This document shows positions 1 through 11,736 of a stretch of 64,000 nt of DNA, piece by piece. Numbering within the stretch: the first letter of the stretch is position 1; the number at the start of each line of letters is the position of its first letter. The notes under the pieces were generated by a model. That model saw nothing but the letters and a program-made list of their open reading frames with translations, was not told the origin of the DNA and searched no databases. The position numbers and the translations under genes are program-made. Origin of the DNA: Heteronotia binoei (Eukaryota); assembly GCF_032191835.1 (NCBI RefSeq), contig NC_083243.1, positions 175,522,001 through 175,586,000 on the forward strand. Reading direction: 5' to 3'.

Positions 1-894
1 GTAATCCCAGTTTTCTAGTCGCCACAGTACATTTGTTTCTGTGTAGTGTCTTTGAGACTAGTTTTTAGCACCTCTGTGGAGAAATCCCTGTATACTTTAC
101 ACAGGAAAACGAGGTCTAAGACTAACCTTATTCTTCACCTCGGGTACTATAAGCACAACACTGGGCCATGGCCTTTGTTCATCCTTGCCCTGAGTCCCAC
201 AACCTCCCGTGAAGGCCCTGTCTCTACAAGCAGAAAGGCATGTTTCCTGGTGACCCTTGTTGCCACACCAAGTGGGATTTTGCCCTTTTATTCCTTCCCA
301 CTCCAGGAAAGTGCCTTGACAATAAACAGCAACGGAAATGCAGAAACCAGTAACAGTGGTCCTTTATTCAAGGGGCTGGTTGTCTTAACAGAGTGTTTCT
401 CCCTATCTTTCTCACCAGAGAGCACTTTGGGTAGAGACATAGAAAAAAAGAGTGAAGCACAACACCACACTTGCAGAGAAATTGTCATATGCAGGGCAGC
501 AGCAGCTCCATTTGGCCCTCCCACGCTTCTATGGTGCCCTGCCCTACTCGCCTAGCATTGGTTGCAAATTCTATTGTTTTTCTGTCCTACATATCACGGC
601 TGTATTCCAATTGCTGACCACTGATCTGTCTAATGTTATATATTTCAACAGGATGCAAGAGCAGGCTTGCTACACCCGGCTTCTCCTTTGGCTCTGGCAT
701 TTTGAAAGTCCACTGCAGTTCAGCAGTTCACTGAGGCTGCCTTAACCTACCACATCAGGCTTTTCAATGAGCTGCTATAGCAGATAACTCCACCCATTTC
801 CCTTGAAGCCATGAACCTCTTTGGGGGGGGGAAGAGGGGAAAGGGTCCATAGGTAGAGAACAAGTGGAGAGACTCATGGCAGTGCCCATCCGCC

Positions 895-1092
895 TCAGTC
901 GTCCTCCTCCCGCAGCTGTTGATGCCTGCTCTGATACCACAACATGGTGGGCAAATTTTGACAGCCTTGATAGCGACGCTGACGCTCCTCCTCACCCAGA
1001 GGCGGTACAGAATGGCAAGGTGCTCCCGCTAATGTGACGTTGAGCAGCTGGGCTGAGGTGCCAGAGGCCAAGACTGCCGACCAAGGGCCCAC
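895..1092 (-). CDS. Unnamed clan CD-like gene, exon 7 (terminal)
   Basis: ctcttttacttcag| acceptor, VGPWSAV...GAPCHSVPPL...YQGCQNLPTMLWY...EEDD*, 198 nt. Confidence 0.85.
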   Translation of the reverse strand: MGPWSAVLASGTSAQLLNVTLAGAPCHSVPPLGEEERQRRYQGCQNLPTMLWYQSRHQQLREEDD

Positions 1093-4000
1093 CTGAAGTA
1101 AAAGAGAGAAAGTTTCACCAGGCAAAAGATCACTATTGGGATTTTCACAAACATTAAAATAGAAGTTAGAGAGAGAACATTATCTCAGTAATCTTAAATT
1201 AGGTAAGACTGAAGGGGCGTTAAAGCTACCGCACGTTCTTAAATTTTGAATTGGGTCCAGCAATGCGTGAGAAGAAAGGAAAATGTACTTGGTGCAGTTC
1301 CACTTGTGCAAGCAGTAGTACAACAGCTACAGGAACATATAGTGCTTTAATATAATTGTTAATGAAAGAACAATGTTATGGAGCAAAGGGCTGTACAACA
1401 GTCTTCACATTATTTCGTTTAATTTGGTTTTAAAACTTTTCAGTACCTTGCGCTATGCCTTGTTCATTCGGAAGACAGTGGGGATACAATCATTTTAACT
1501 TAATACAAGTAGACATTGAGGAATAATTTTAGCAGTCTGCCTGAACAGTGTCTATTATGCATGTAGATCAAACACTACGAGTGAGCACATGGGATCAAAC
1601 ACTATAAGTGAATTGCCCTTATTATTGCCCTTATTTGATGACCTTAAATTTGAATATCACTTAAGTGACTTCAAATTATACAATTTTTTTCTCTAGTGGC
1701 AGAAGTCTAGTTTTGGACAAGAAAATTATCTAGAAGGATATACTAGCAATGGAACGCAACTTCCCTAGTGAAGGAGCCACAATTCCCATTTTTAAAAAAT
1801 ATACTTTGCTAAAGCAACTTTTCCACATGTGTTTACATTCTTGTTTTCTTTGTCATTCCATGTCAAATAGCTGAATAATAGATCTGAGTACACTACCAAT
1901 GTCAGCTCTGTGGCCATTCATCAAGTCCAATGCCTACTATGGATGGCCAGCTTCAGTATGCCACATTATTCTATATTGCTGCTCAACTGAGGGAGAGTTC
2001 TCCATGCGTTTTTCTGTTGGCCAAAACGAACCTGGCTGCAAGGTGGAGCAACTGGAGGATGGTTGGATTTACGGGGAATTGAAACGTGCACTGAACTTGC
2101 TGCATAATTGGCCAAACATTTCTTTCCTTGAGTCACTGATACATTCCAAGTGCCTCTTTTCCCTGCTCCCCTCTCTCCAATTTGTTTCATCCTGTTTTGT
2201 CTCCCAGAACTGGGAGAAACCAGCATCCCTTTAAAGCCCTATATGGCTTGGGACCTGTCTACCTGAAGGACCGTCTCTCCCCGCATGTTCCCCAGAGAGT
2301 ACTGAGGTCGGGATCACAAAACTTCCTTACTGTCCCTGGGCCGAAAGAAGCCCGCTTGAAAGCCACAAGAGAAAGGGCCTTCTCTGTTGTGGCCCCTACA
2401 TGGTGGAATCAGCTACCGGAAGAGGTGAGGGCCCTGCAGGACCTTGTTCAGTTCCGCAGGGCCTGTAAAACAACCCTCTTCCGGTTAGCCTACACCTAGC
2501 TTGAGAATTTTAATGCAACCTGCCAGATCTCTGTATATATTGGAATATTTATTAATTTTTATGGTTTTATCTGTTTTAAAGTTATTCCCTTACATGTTTA
2601 AATATTGTTTAATTTATGTTGGATCTAATGCTGGAAGCCGCCCTGAGCCACTTGTGGGAAGGGCGGGATATAAATTCTAAATAAAATAAATAAATAAATG
2701 GTGATGCCTCATTCACTAAAATCTGCCTCTTTGCACTCACCTGTTGCTAGTACTCACCTGCCTACCAAGGTAATGCTAGTACTTTAAAAGAGGTTTCACT
2801 ATTTGGCTTTTTGCTTGCAGCTAGTATGGGGATAACTTGCTCTATAACCTCCTTGTCTACAAAGCTGTGGCTCTCGTAACCTCTGTTCTGCAGCTCTGCA
2901 CATTGTGGTACTTACTGGCAAGATATGCTGGAGAAGACACTGGTCAGGCTGCAGCCCTGCCCAGAACTCAGCAAAAGCTGATCCACCACTGGTGGCAATG
3001 CCACGCACAAGCACCACATTGGGATGATGCCGTGATGCCCGCAGCTTCTTTGCCAATGGTTCTGGATAGCTCTGGTCAAGAAAGAGGAGGACCCTGCGTG
3101 CACTGCAGCTTTCCAAATCAGCTAGGAGCTCAGAGATGGGATACCGCTCCTTAGGATCAGCCTGTGGGGAGAGGAGGACAGCTCATTAGCATCTGCCCCT
3201 TTGTGACAGCTCCCCCCCTTCACTACTGTACAGTTCAGAGATCAAGAGAATTCCACTGCCCAAGAGTTAAAAGGAATGGATTAAGCAGGAAATGGCAAGC
3301 CAGGGCCAGAAGCCACTGCAACACGGGGGGGTTGTTTTCTCCCTGCAGGCACACATGAAAGAAGTGGACGGGCCTTTGAAGGGAGCAGATGAGAGGGCTG
3401 AAGTCCCCACCTGCAGTTCTGTCAGCATCTCTGCTTCCACCAGTTGAGCTGGCCAGGACATGCTAGGACAGGTGGTGAGATCCCCTCCACATCCCTTCCT
3501 GTGCACGAGTGGCTCAGTTCAGTTTCTACTACCAGCCAATCAAAGCCTGAACACTTTCAGATGGCCAAATACAGGGGTCTTTTGGATTCAGCAAGGGCTC
3601 CTCACAGACTTAAATAGAGAGAGGTGAGTTGAACTTGGCTTGGTGATTAACAGCCAATAAGAATGGATTTCTGTCTACTAATGTGAACTGAGATGTTTTA
3701 TCATGAGAACAGAGGTTCAGAGGCTGGTGCCAGTGGAGTTAGGCCTTTATGCCCTTGGGAGAGCCAATTCTGGAAGGTTAATTTGATCTCCCTGGATAAC
3801 TTCCCTGTTTCCAGTCCCAATCTGCCCCTCAGACCTGACTCACAATGCCATTATGGTTGGCATCCCACAGCAGTATGGTGCCATCGCTGGCTGCTGGGCT
3901 GTTGAGGTAGAGCACCAGTGAGTCGGCACAGTGCAGGCTCCGGCAGACCAAGGCTAGGTGCGAGCGAATTGCCAGCTTCTCTGTGGCTGGGTGCACATCA

Positions 4001-7000
4001 CCCATCTCCATGGCTGCTGCCCAGGAAAGAAGAGGGAAGAGGCTGCTGACTTCAAATCCCATCGGTCTGTCTCTACACTTCTCTAGCAATCCCATCCTCT
4101 ACGCTATACCATCCTCCCAAGAACACACCGAGACACTCCACTCTATTATCTTGTAAACCTCTTATCATGTCACCCCGCAGTCGACGTTTTTCTTTAGCTT
4201 GGAGAAACGTCGACTGCGGGGTGACATGATAGAGGTTTACAAGATAATGCATGGGATGGAGAAGAGTAGAGAAAGAGGTACTTTTCTCCCTTTCTCACAA
4301 TACAAGAACTCGTGGGCATTCGATGAAATTGCTCAGCAGACAGGTTAAAACGGATAAAAGGAAGTACTTCTTCACCCAAAGGGTGATTAACATGTGGAAT
4401 TCACTGCCACAGGAGCTGGTGGCGGCCACAAGCATGGCCACCTTCAAGAGGGGTTTAGATAAAAATATGGAGCAGAGGTCCATCAGTGGCTATTAGCCAG
4501 TGTGTGTGTGTGTATATATAAAAAATTTTTGCCACTGTGTGACACAGAGTGTTGGACTGGATGGGCCATTGGCCTGATCCAACATGGCTTCTCTTATGTT
4601 CTTATGGGAAGGGACTAATTTGGGACAAGGTGGGAATTTTGCTAGGCTCTTAGTGGTCTACCCTGTAACAGCCCCATAGGGCTTTTCTTTTTCTGTCCAT
4701 TACCTATAGGCTGATTATAATTAGGGATAAAATCAAAGGCATGCAACATTAAAGGCTGCATGAGAGCTGGCATGGTGTAATGGTGAGAGTGTCGGACTAG
4801 GATCCAGGAGAACTGAGTTCATAACACCAAACTGCCACGGACGCTCCCTTGGTGACCTTGGGCCAGTCGTGTACACTCAGCCTAACCTACTGCTCAGGGT
4901 TCTTATGAGGATAAAAAGGAATGGGTCCCCACTGGGGAGAAAAGTAGGCATAAATAAAGTAAACAAATAAATGCTTATGCTTTCGCAGATGGGGGCAACG
5001 TGGTAGGATGTGACTCTGGAATGGAAGACTGTTTTCAGAAGGTTGGCAAGAACAGAGCGAATAGTTGTTGAGACCCAAATGATCACAGGCTCTGAAGAGT
5101 TGCCCTTGGAAAAGACACCCTTTTAAGAAACCAGGAGGCTTCAAACCCTGGTAGCAGGACTGCTCTCTTCCATGGATACCTGATGTCTGCCCCTCACTTG
5201 CAAAGAAGGCCTTGATGTGCTCTTGGCGGAAGCCGTTCCTTCGAAGCATCTGGTAGAAGAGCAACAGGTTGTGAGCATGATGTGGGTAGGTGACCTGCTC
5301 CTGCCAACCACCTAGGAGGGAAACACTGTCAAGCGCTCAGAAAATGGGAGGGGAGGAGACAGCAGTTTCTGCCAAAGCTCAACAAGGAAGGTATAGCCAA
5401 GCACCACTAACCCTGTGTGCTAGGAGAAAGAGCCACCCCTTTTAAACTCCTGCCTCGTGAAACAAAGCAGCTGACATTTGGACTGAGATCAGATTCTCCC
5501 TAATCCAAAACATTTGGTGAGGTCCCTGCAGAAAAGGCTTGGATCCCTTTCCCCACCTAGGAGTGTGTCCCTCCTAGCAGCCCCAAGTGCTATTCTGAAA
5601 GTCACACCTGTTATCAGCACGGCATGATCGCATGTCTGATACAAGCGGCACGACTTATACATTGGAAGCTGCTGCCGATGGCACCGCCGGGTATTCTTGT
5701 TGAGCTCGCAATAGGCGACTGTGGAACTGGAGCTGATGAGGGGCAGAGGCTGAGGGCATGGGCTGAATCCACGGAGGTCTGTGCAAGGAAAGATGTGAAA
5801 GAAGGCATCAGGGACATTGGGGGTCAAGGAATAGCTTTGTGAGTGGGAGTACAGCAAGTCAATAACAAGACTGTGAGATAGGGTTGCCAAGTCCAATTTA
5901 AGAAATATCTGGGGACTTTGGGGGTGGGGCCAGGAGACATTAGGGGTGGAGCCAAGATCAAGGCTGTGACAAGCATAATTGAACTCGAAAGGGAGTTCTG
6001 GCCATCACATTTAAAGGGACGGCACACCTTTTCAATGCCTTCCTTCCACAGGAAATAATGAAGGATACGGGCACCTTCTTTTGGGGCTCATAGAATTTGC
6101 CCCCCTGGTCCAATTTTTCTGAAACTTGGGGGGTATTTTGGGGAGAGGCACTAGATTCTATACTGAAAATTTGGTGCCTCTACCTCAAAAAACAGCCCCC
6201 CCCAGAGCCCCAGATACCCGCGGATCAATTCTCTATTATTTTCTATGGGAATAAATCTCCCTAGGGAATAAAAGAGTTCCCAGCAGACATTTCCCTCCTC
6301 TCCCCCCGCTTTCTGATGACCCTGAAGCGGGGGGAGGGCCTCCAAACCAGGGTATCCCCTGCCCCCACCTGGGGATTGGCAGCCCTACTGTGAGAACAGC
6401 ACCATCTCCCCAACACCTATGCCCAGCTTATCCTGTGATCCTCCCTGAATGTAATGTTTCTGTCGCCTGCACTGATAGCCTTCTACCATGATATTCGCAG
6501 AACCTGAAAGCAAATATCTAGTTGGCTGCTGCCACTTCCTTCCTTGCAGCCACATTTTGGTGGCACCTCAGAAAAGAGCTGCTGTGGCTTATGTTAGCAG
6601 AAACGACCGTTTAAGGTGACGTCCGAAAGCAGCATGAATGCACCCACCCATGCAGTGTAGCTTTTGTGGATGTTTAGGGTCCTGTGCCACAACCACCAAA
6701 GGCAGGAAATGGATCTCACAGAGCCCAACAGGTGGATCCTCACGACGAACACGATCTGCTGACCGCTGGCTCCGTCCTTTGCTCCGTCCTGGCCTGCGCT
6801 TCAGCTGGTTCTCACAGCGACTCCTCTGGGCAGGCGTCAAGCACTCATAACTCCCTGCAGGAATAAAAACAAACCTCTGGAATAAAACAGAGAACCTCCA
6901 CAGGTAGTTTGCCACAAAAGAGCACACACAGCCAGGACAGGTGAAATATGCCAGAGCTATACCAATTCCCAGTGCTACTTTTTCAACAGCAAAAAGAACA

Positions 7001-10000
7001 TTTCACTTGCAATGTCACCGTTCCCTTTACCAAACATTATATGACCACATACGAGAACAAGGTTTCATCCTGCCCCCATTGTCCTTTGGCCCTCTTTAGG
7101 CAAAAAAAAATGTAACGCAAATAAATTCAGACATTCAAAATGTTTTAACTGAAATAGAACAAAATCAGCAATAAGAATCCTCAGCACGGAGATAGTACTG
7201 CAGCATACTATTATTACATTATCAGCTGTGCAAAACGACAGACCCAAACACTTCCTACTCTTGCCCTCCGAGTAAAAGGAAAGATAAACAGGTTATACAA
7301 TCACATTTTCTGAAACTATATACAATTGTTCATCATAAAGGACAAAGAACTGTGTCAAGGAATGAGCCAGGATAGCTGAAAGTGTCCTATGCAGTGACCC
7401 ATTACCAAATCAGGGCTGGACACGGACAGAAATCACTTGTCTTTATCCTTTTTTGATTGCTTGGCAGCTAACTCCAAGTCTAGATCCTTTAAACTCTCCC
7501 TTGCATGTTGGCAGTATCTTTGTACTTTGGTGACAGCCAGTGTGGTGTACTAGTTACAGTACTGGACTTCGATTTGGGAGACACCCATCTGAATTCCCAC
7601 TTTGCCAGGGAAGCTTTTTGGGTGACCCTGGAGTACCTGTGGTGACCTTTTGGGTACCTGTGGAGGTTCTCAACCTAACCTAGCTCACAGGGTTACTGTG
7701 AGGATACAGTGAAAGACAGGAGAATGATATAAGTCCCATTGGAACCCCACTGGGGAGAGAAGTGTGATATAAATGGAAGTAAATAAAAGAAACAAATAAC
7801 ATGTCTTTCAATAGGCCAAAAAATATAATTAAACGGAACATTAAATTACTGGTAACTAACTAGTGGTTTGTTTGTCATAACTAGCATTGATTCAATAAAT
7901 CAGTTAGGCTAATTAAGATTACGAAGCTACCAGTTAACTGTGCAGCAGATTTTTTAAAATTAATGTTTAAACTATCATATTTTAATATAAAAATTCAACA
8001 TACATTTTGGGTGGCAGGTGCCATCTGATAGGAGGCTTTCTGTCTTCTCTCACAACTGAATGGACCCTTGGACTAAGATAGTGTAACATATATATATGAA
8101 CTACATTTCTTCAGAAATATTTTTATTTACGTATATACACATTGCAATCCTATGCAGTTACTCCAATCTAAGTGCATTGGCTTAAGATGGAGTAACTCTA
8201 TATAAGATTGCACTATTCATATAAGTAGTCAATGATTAAAGCTGAAATTATTACGGTATTTCACTATACTTTCATTAACTCAGTGACAACCCAGCAACAG
8301 AGAAGGCAACTGGGCAAAAAGTAACCAGTGGTTCACTCAAAAGACAAGTGCTAAGGGTTAAGCAATCTAGAAGTCATGCTTTGCAGCCAGAAAACATTAT
8401 CCCCCAAACACGGAGTGTACGGTGTTGGTACGCTTACCTGGCACAGAAGGAAATGCATCCTACCCATACTCACCAAACTAGGATTAATAACTCTCATTTC
8501 AAACAGGTTCTGGGGCTGGAACCAGGCTTCATATAAACCCTCAAATTACAATGCCGGCCTGTCAGTGATTGTCATGCTGAGCACTAAAGATCTCAGCGAG
8601 AAACTCTGCCTTGTGGTAGCTTCCATTACTGTTTCCATGTCAATCTCTCCTTGCAGCACTATATCTTCCCCCAGTTCCTTCCCAGTGGTGGCCTCCTATT
8701 CTGCCTTCCTCATCCTCTCGAGCATTCAGTTATCATAATGTTAGAATACAGAGCCCAACTAAGCACAGCGGAGTGTTCCCATCAGGGTCAGGACCAGTAG
8801 GAGCCTTGACCTGTCTCCTGCAAAGCAGCTCTACTTTCACCTCCATCTTCATAGTCTGAGCAACCTCTGCAAAAACTAGGAGAGGGTTGTCACAAGCATG
8901 AGGCTATTAATTAGGGATAGTGCCCTCTCTCCCTACAGAGCTTCTTGATGGAAGGAGATACTGTGGGAGCCTGAACAGCCTCTGCTATATTTGCCATTGC
9001 TGGGGAAAGGGTTTGTTTGAAGGGCAGAGGGGAGGAATACTAGAGAAAGTTAGGTTAGCTTCTTTGACTGTTCTTGGGGAAGCATATTTCATGGACACAT
9101 AGGATCAGAATGAATCTCGGAGGCAACCAGTCAATCCAGCCTTTCCAAGACAAAGTCAGCATATCAACCCCATCCTGCAGATCCAATGATCCAGACCAGA
9201 AGGTGGCACAAATCAGAGAACAAGGAAGTGCTCCTCCAAGGCACCCGTGAAGCAGATTGCTTCAGATCTCAAAAATAACATGTGACAAATGAAGAAGAAG
9301 AAGAAGATATTGGATTTATATCCCGCCCTCCACTCCAAAGAGTCTCAGAGCGGCTCACAATCTCCTTTACCTTCCTCCCCCACAACAGACACCCTGTGAG
9401 GTGGGTGGGGCTAAGAGAGCTCTTACAGGAGCTGCCCTTTCAAGGACAACCTCTGCCAGAGCTATGGCTGACCCAAGGCCATTCCAGCAGGTGCAAGTGG
9501 AGGAGTGGGGAATCAAACCCGGTTCTCCCAGATAAGAGTCCGCACACTTAACCACTACACCAAACTGGCAGCCCTAAGCAATGAAACACTTCCTAGCCAG
9601 TCTTGTCTTGGGCAAAAATCCCTTTGCAAACCTCAAATATGGTCATAAGTGAACTGTAGTTGCAAGCAGATTCAGGTGGGTAGCCATGATGGTCTGAAGC
9701 AGCAGAACAAAGTGTGAGCCCAGTGGCACCTTTAAGACCAACAAAGTTTAATTCAAGGTATGTACTTTCATGTGCAAGCACACTTCTTCAGATACAGTGA
9801 AACAGAATTCCCCCAACCATTACATATAGTCAGAGTCAAGATGCGTATGCACTAGGTGATTATAGCTGAGCTTGGATTAAGGTGGCTGTGATGACGGTAA
9901 ATTAGCAAACAAATACAAGAGTTAGTTATTTTAGTGCAAAGGAACTTCAGAAACAGATTTGAATGGGGGACTGGTATTACAGCACTCAGAACAACAGAAC

Positions 10001-11736
10001 CCCCAGGGCTTAACAGAGATACTGGCTTCATATCTCAATACACATGCTAAATCACTCAGTTCTCACTTATACCCAGAAATCAAATGTTGTTAGTCTTCAA
10101 GGTGCCACATGACTAAAACTCAGTTCTCACATCTGTTGTTAACTCCTTTATTATCTGTATGCCAATTTGCTGCCATTTACGTGATTTACCTGATGTGTTA
10201 TTCCAATCTTAGCTGTATTTATTACTCAGCTATCATTCACAGATCCTACCAGCTACCTTAATCTAATCTCAACTATAATCACCCAATACTTATACATCTT
10301 GACTCTAACTGGCCCTTCTTGACAAGCACACCCCCCCATACGTAATGGTCGAGGAAATTCTGTTTCACGGTATCAGAGGAAGTGTATTTGCGCACAAAAG
10401 CTCATACCTTGAATAAAACTTTGTTAGTCTTAAAAGCTGCCACGGGGCTGAAACTCTGTACTCAAAAGATACTGGGCTCTTGGGTCCACTCCAACCAACT
10501 CCCATCAGAAACAAATAGCTTTCAGCCCAAAGCATTTCATACCCAGAAAAGGTTGCAAACACTTTGAAGAGGGGATCTGGTCAAGAATATCAGGAGAGAA
10601 ACCAGGGTTAAAGCTGACTGGTGAACAAACCGCCAGTCATTTTGTGCAGAAAGGATGCTTTGCCAGCAGAAGACCAAAGGGTATAGTAATAGGAACATTA
10701 GATGTGGGAAAGAGAATGCCTCAAGGCTTAATCTTTAAATATTAGAAGTGCTGCTGGGCCTTAGACAGGAATTGACCTCATAATTTACCATTTTAAAACA
10801 ATTATTTTGAGCCCCAAGGCCATGCCTTCAGATAATGAGTACCTGCAATGAAGTGGCCAATTCCTTTAATTGGGGGGGGGGGGGGAGTCCAGTCCCTTTC
10901 AACTGAGGCTTCATGGGGAGCTGCTTGCCAAGGGGTGTTATTTACCCCCATGCCACGAAAAGCTTATATTGGCCATTCCCGCACATTAAGCCTCTCTTAA
11001 AGGGCCGTTTTCTCCAGGGCTACTGGCAACTCTACTCAGAGGTGAAGGACACGGGACAACTACTCTGCATATGCCCCAATCCGCTGGGCTTGAGTGACAG
11101 CAGAGAGCTCCGAAGGGCATGAAGAGGGACCAGACTGCAGCGGGAACATGCCAAGTGAATTTGTTCGGCGGCGGAGAAAGAGGGGGCGCTTGGTCTGGAG
11201 TAAGCGCGCGCGTGTAAATGCTCCCGGGCCAGTACTTTGCACTCACCCAGGTAGAAGCGGTCACGGCTCCGGCATCGGCGTGGGCTCACGTTGAAGTCAA
11301 TATAGAAGAGGAGGAGCGGATGGCCGAAGCTGGCGCCGGGGCTGGGGTCCAGCACTAGGACTGCATCGTGCGCCGGAAGAGCGGCGCCGGCAGGGCGCTG
11401 GGAAGCCGCGCTCTGGTTGAGGCTGGGCACCACCAGCGCTCCGCCGGGCCTGTCTCCCCAGCCGTCGGGCAAGAGGGCTCGCACCTTGTGGCCCGGCTGC
11501 GTGGGCTCCGAGACGTAGACGGCGGGCCCCGGCCCTTGCGAGAGCCGCGCCAGCCGCTGGCACTGCGGCAGCGGCAAGAGCCCGCCGCGCTCCGGACACG
11601 GCGCCACCGCCACGTGCCGCAACGCCGCAGCTGCCCAGCGGGCCACGCGGGCTTCGGAGAAGCGGCTCCCCGACGGGGCGGCCGCGCAGGACCAAGCCAG
11701 GGAGGCAGCCGCCAGCGCCAACAGCAGTGGGGCCAT
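895..11736 (-). CDS. Uncharacterized secreted protein with a legumain (C13)/caspase-like clan CD domain, probable pseudo-peptidase; 7 exons, 538 aa
   Basis: Exons 11736-11247, 6854-6648, 5778-5608, 5311-5180, 4016-3844, 3161-2916 and 1092-895 all have GT-AG junctions, matching phases (1,1,1,1,0,0), and sum to 1617 nt = 539 codons ending in TGA. N-terminal signal peptide MAPLLLALAAASLAWSCAA. HAVLITGGW...HAHNLLLFYQMLRRNGFRQEHI resembles the legumain first strand/helix. CpG island at the 5' end; AATAAA on the minus strand at 363-368. Confidence 0.9.
2228..2698 (+). mobile_element. L2-type LINE 3' fragment
   Basis: FKALYGLGPVYLKDRL...RAFSVVAPTWWNQLP...RACKTTLF is a typical L2 ORF2 C-terminus; tail gccgccctgagcc...gggcgggatataaat(taaa)n. 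Confidence 0.85.
2916..3161 (-). CDS. Unnamed clan CD-like gene, exon 6
   Basis: tccccacag| acceptor, ADPKERYPISELLADLESCSARRVLLFLDQSY...QHILP, donor |gtaagt, 246 nt. Confidence 0.88.
3844..4016 (-). CDS. Unnamed clan CD-like gene, exon 5
   Basis: NAGNAG acceptor ggcagcag (alternative start 4013), ...DSLVLYLNSPAASDGTILLWDANHNGI, donor |gtgagt. Confidence 0.88.
4192..4606 (+). mobile_element. CR1 LINE 3' fragment
   Basis: RTRGHSMKL...RKYFFTQRVINMWNSLP ORF2 end; CR1-type tail cttctcttatgttcttatg. Confidence 0.9.
4762..4972 (+). mobile_element. tRNA-derived SINE (Squam3/Ther1-like), diverged
   Basis: A/B-box-like head, ggtgaccttgggccagtc...cagcctaacctac core, A-rich tail. Confidence 0.75.
5180..5311 (-). 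CDS. Unnamed clan CD-like gene, exon 4
   Basis: ttccctcctag| acceptor, GGWQEQVTYPHHAHNLLLFYQMLRRNGFRQEHIKAFFASEGQTS, donor |gtatcc, 132 nt. Confidence 0.88.
5608..5778 (-). CDS. Unnamed clan CD-like gene, exon 3
   Basis: tccttgcacag| acceptor, DLRGFSPCP...TCDHAVLIT, donor |gtgtga, 171 nt. Confidence 0.88.
5879..6387. mobile_element. Non-autonomous hAT (Blackjack-like) element, copy 1
   Basis: TIRs tagggttgcca / tggcagcccta; perfect 8-bp TSD CTGTGAGA. Confidence 0.9.
6648..6854 (-). CDS. Unnamed clan CD-like gene, exon 2
   Basis: tttttattcctgcag| acceptor, GSYECLTPAQRSRCENQLKRR...LHCM, donor |gtgggt, 207 nt. Confidence 0.88.
7532..7798 (+). mobile_element. tRNA-derived SINE (Squam3-like), diverged
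   Basis: gccagtgtggtgtactagtt head, caacctaacctagctcacagggtt core, A-rich tail. Confidence 0.7.
8142..8213. mobile_element. Short palindromic MITE
   Basis: tgcaatcctatgcagttactcca...tggagtaactctatataagattgca hairpin. Confidence 0.6.
9291..9569 (-). mobile_element. tRNA-derived SINE (long Squam3-like subfamily)
   Basis: Reverse complement of gccagtttggtgtagtggttaag...; (ctt)n tail; near-identical to copies at 20032, 26849 and 63713. Confidence 0.85.
9665..10460. mobile_element. Probable Penelope-like element fragment with inverted terminal segments
   Basis: 9700-9810 (ggcacctttaagaccaacaaagtt...cacttcttcagatacagtgaaacagaatt) recurs inverted at about 10355-10460. Confidence 0.5.

Noticed and set aside
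46-745. Plus-strand ORFs 46-555 and 452-745
   Set aside because: No recognisable domain or coherent exon chain; overlaps the likely 3' UTR of the minus-strand gene.
1899-2234. 111-aa ORF, possible extra exon
   Set aside because: No motif; exons 6 and 7 already join in phase 0.
8376-8738. Possible extra exon in intron 1 of the unnamed gene
   Set aside because: All three minus frames contain stops; exons 1 and 2 join cleanly.
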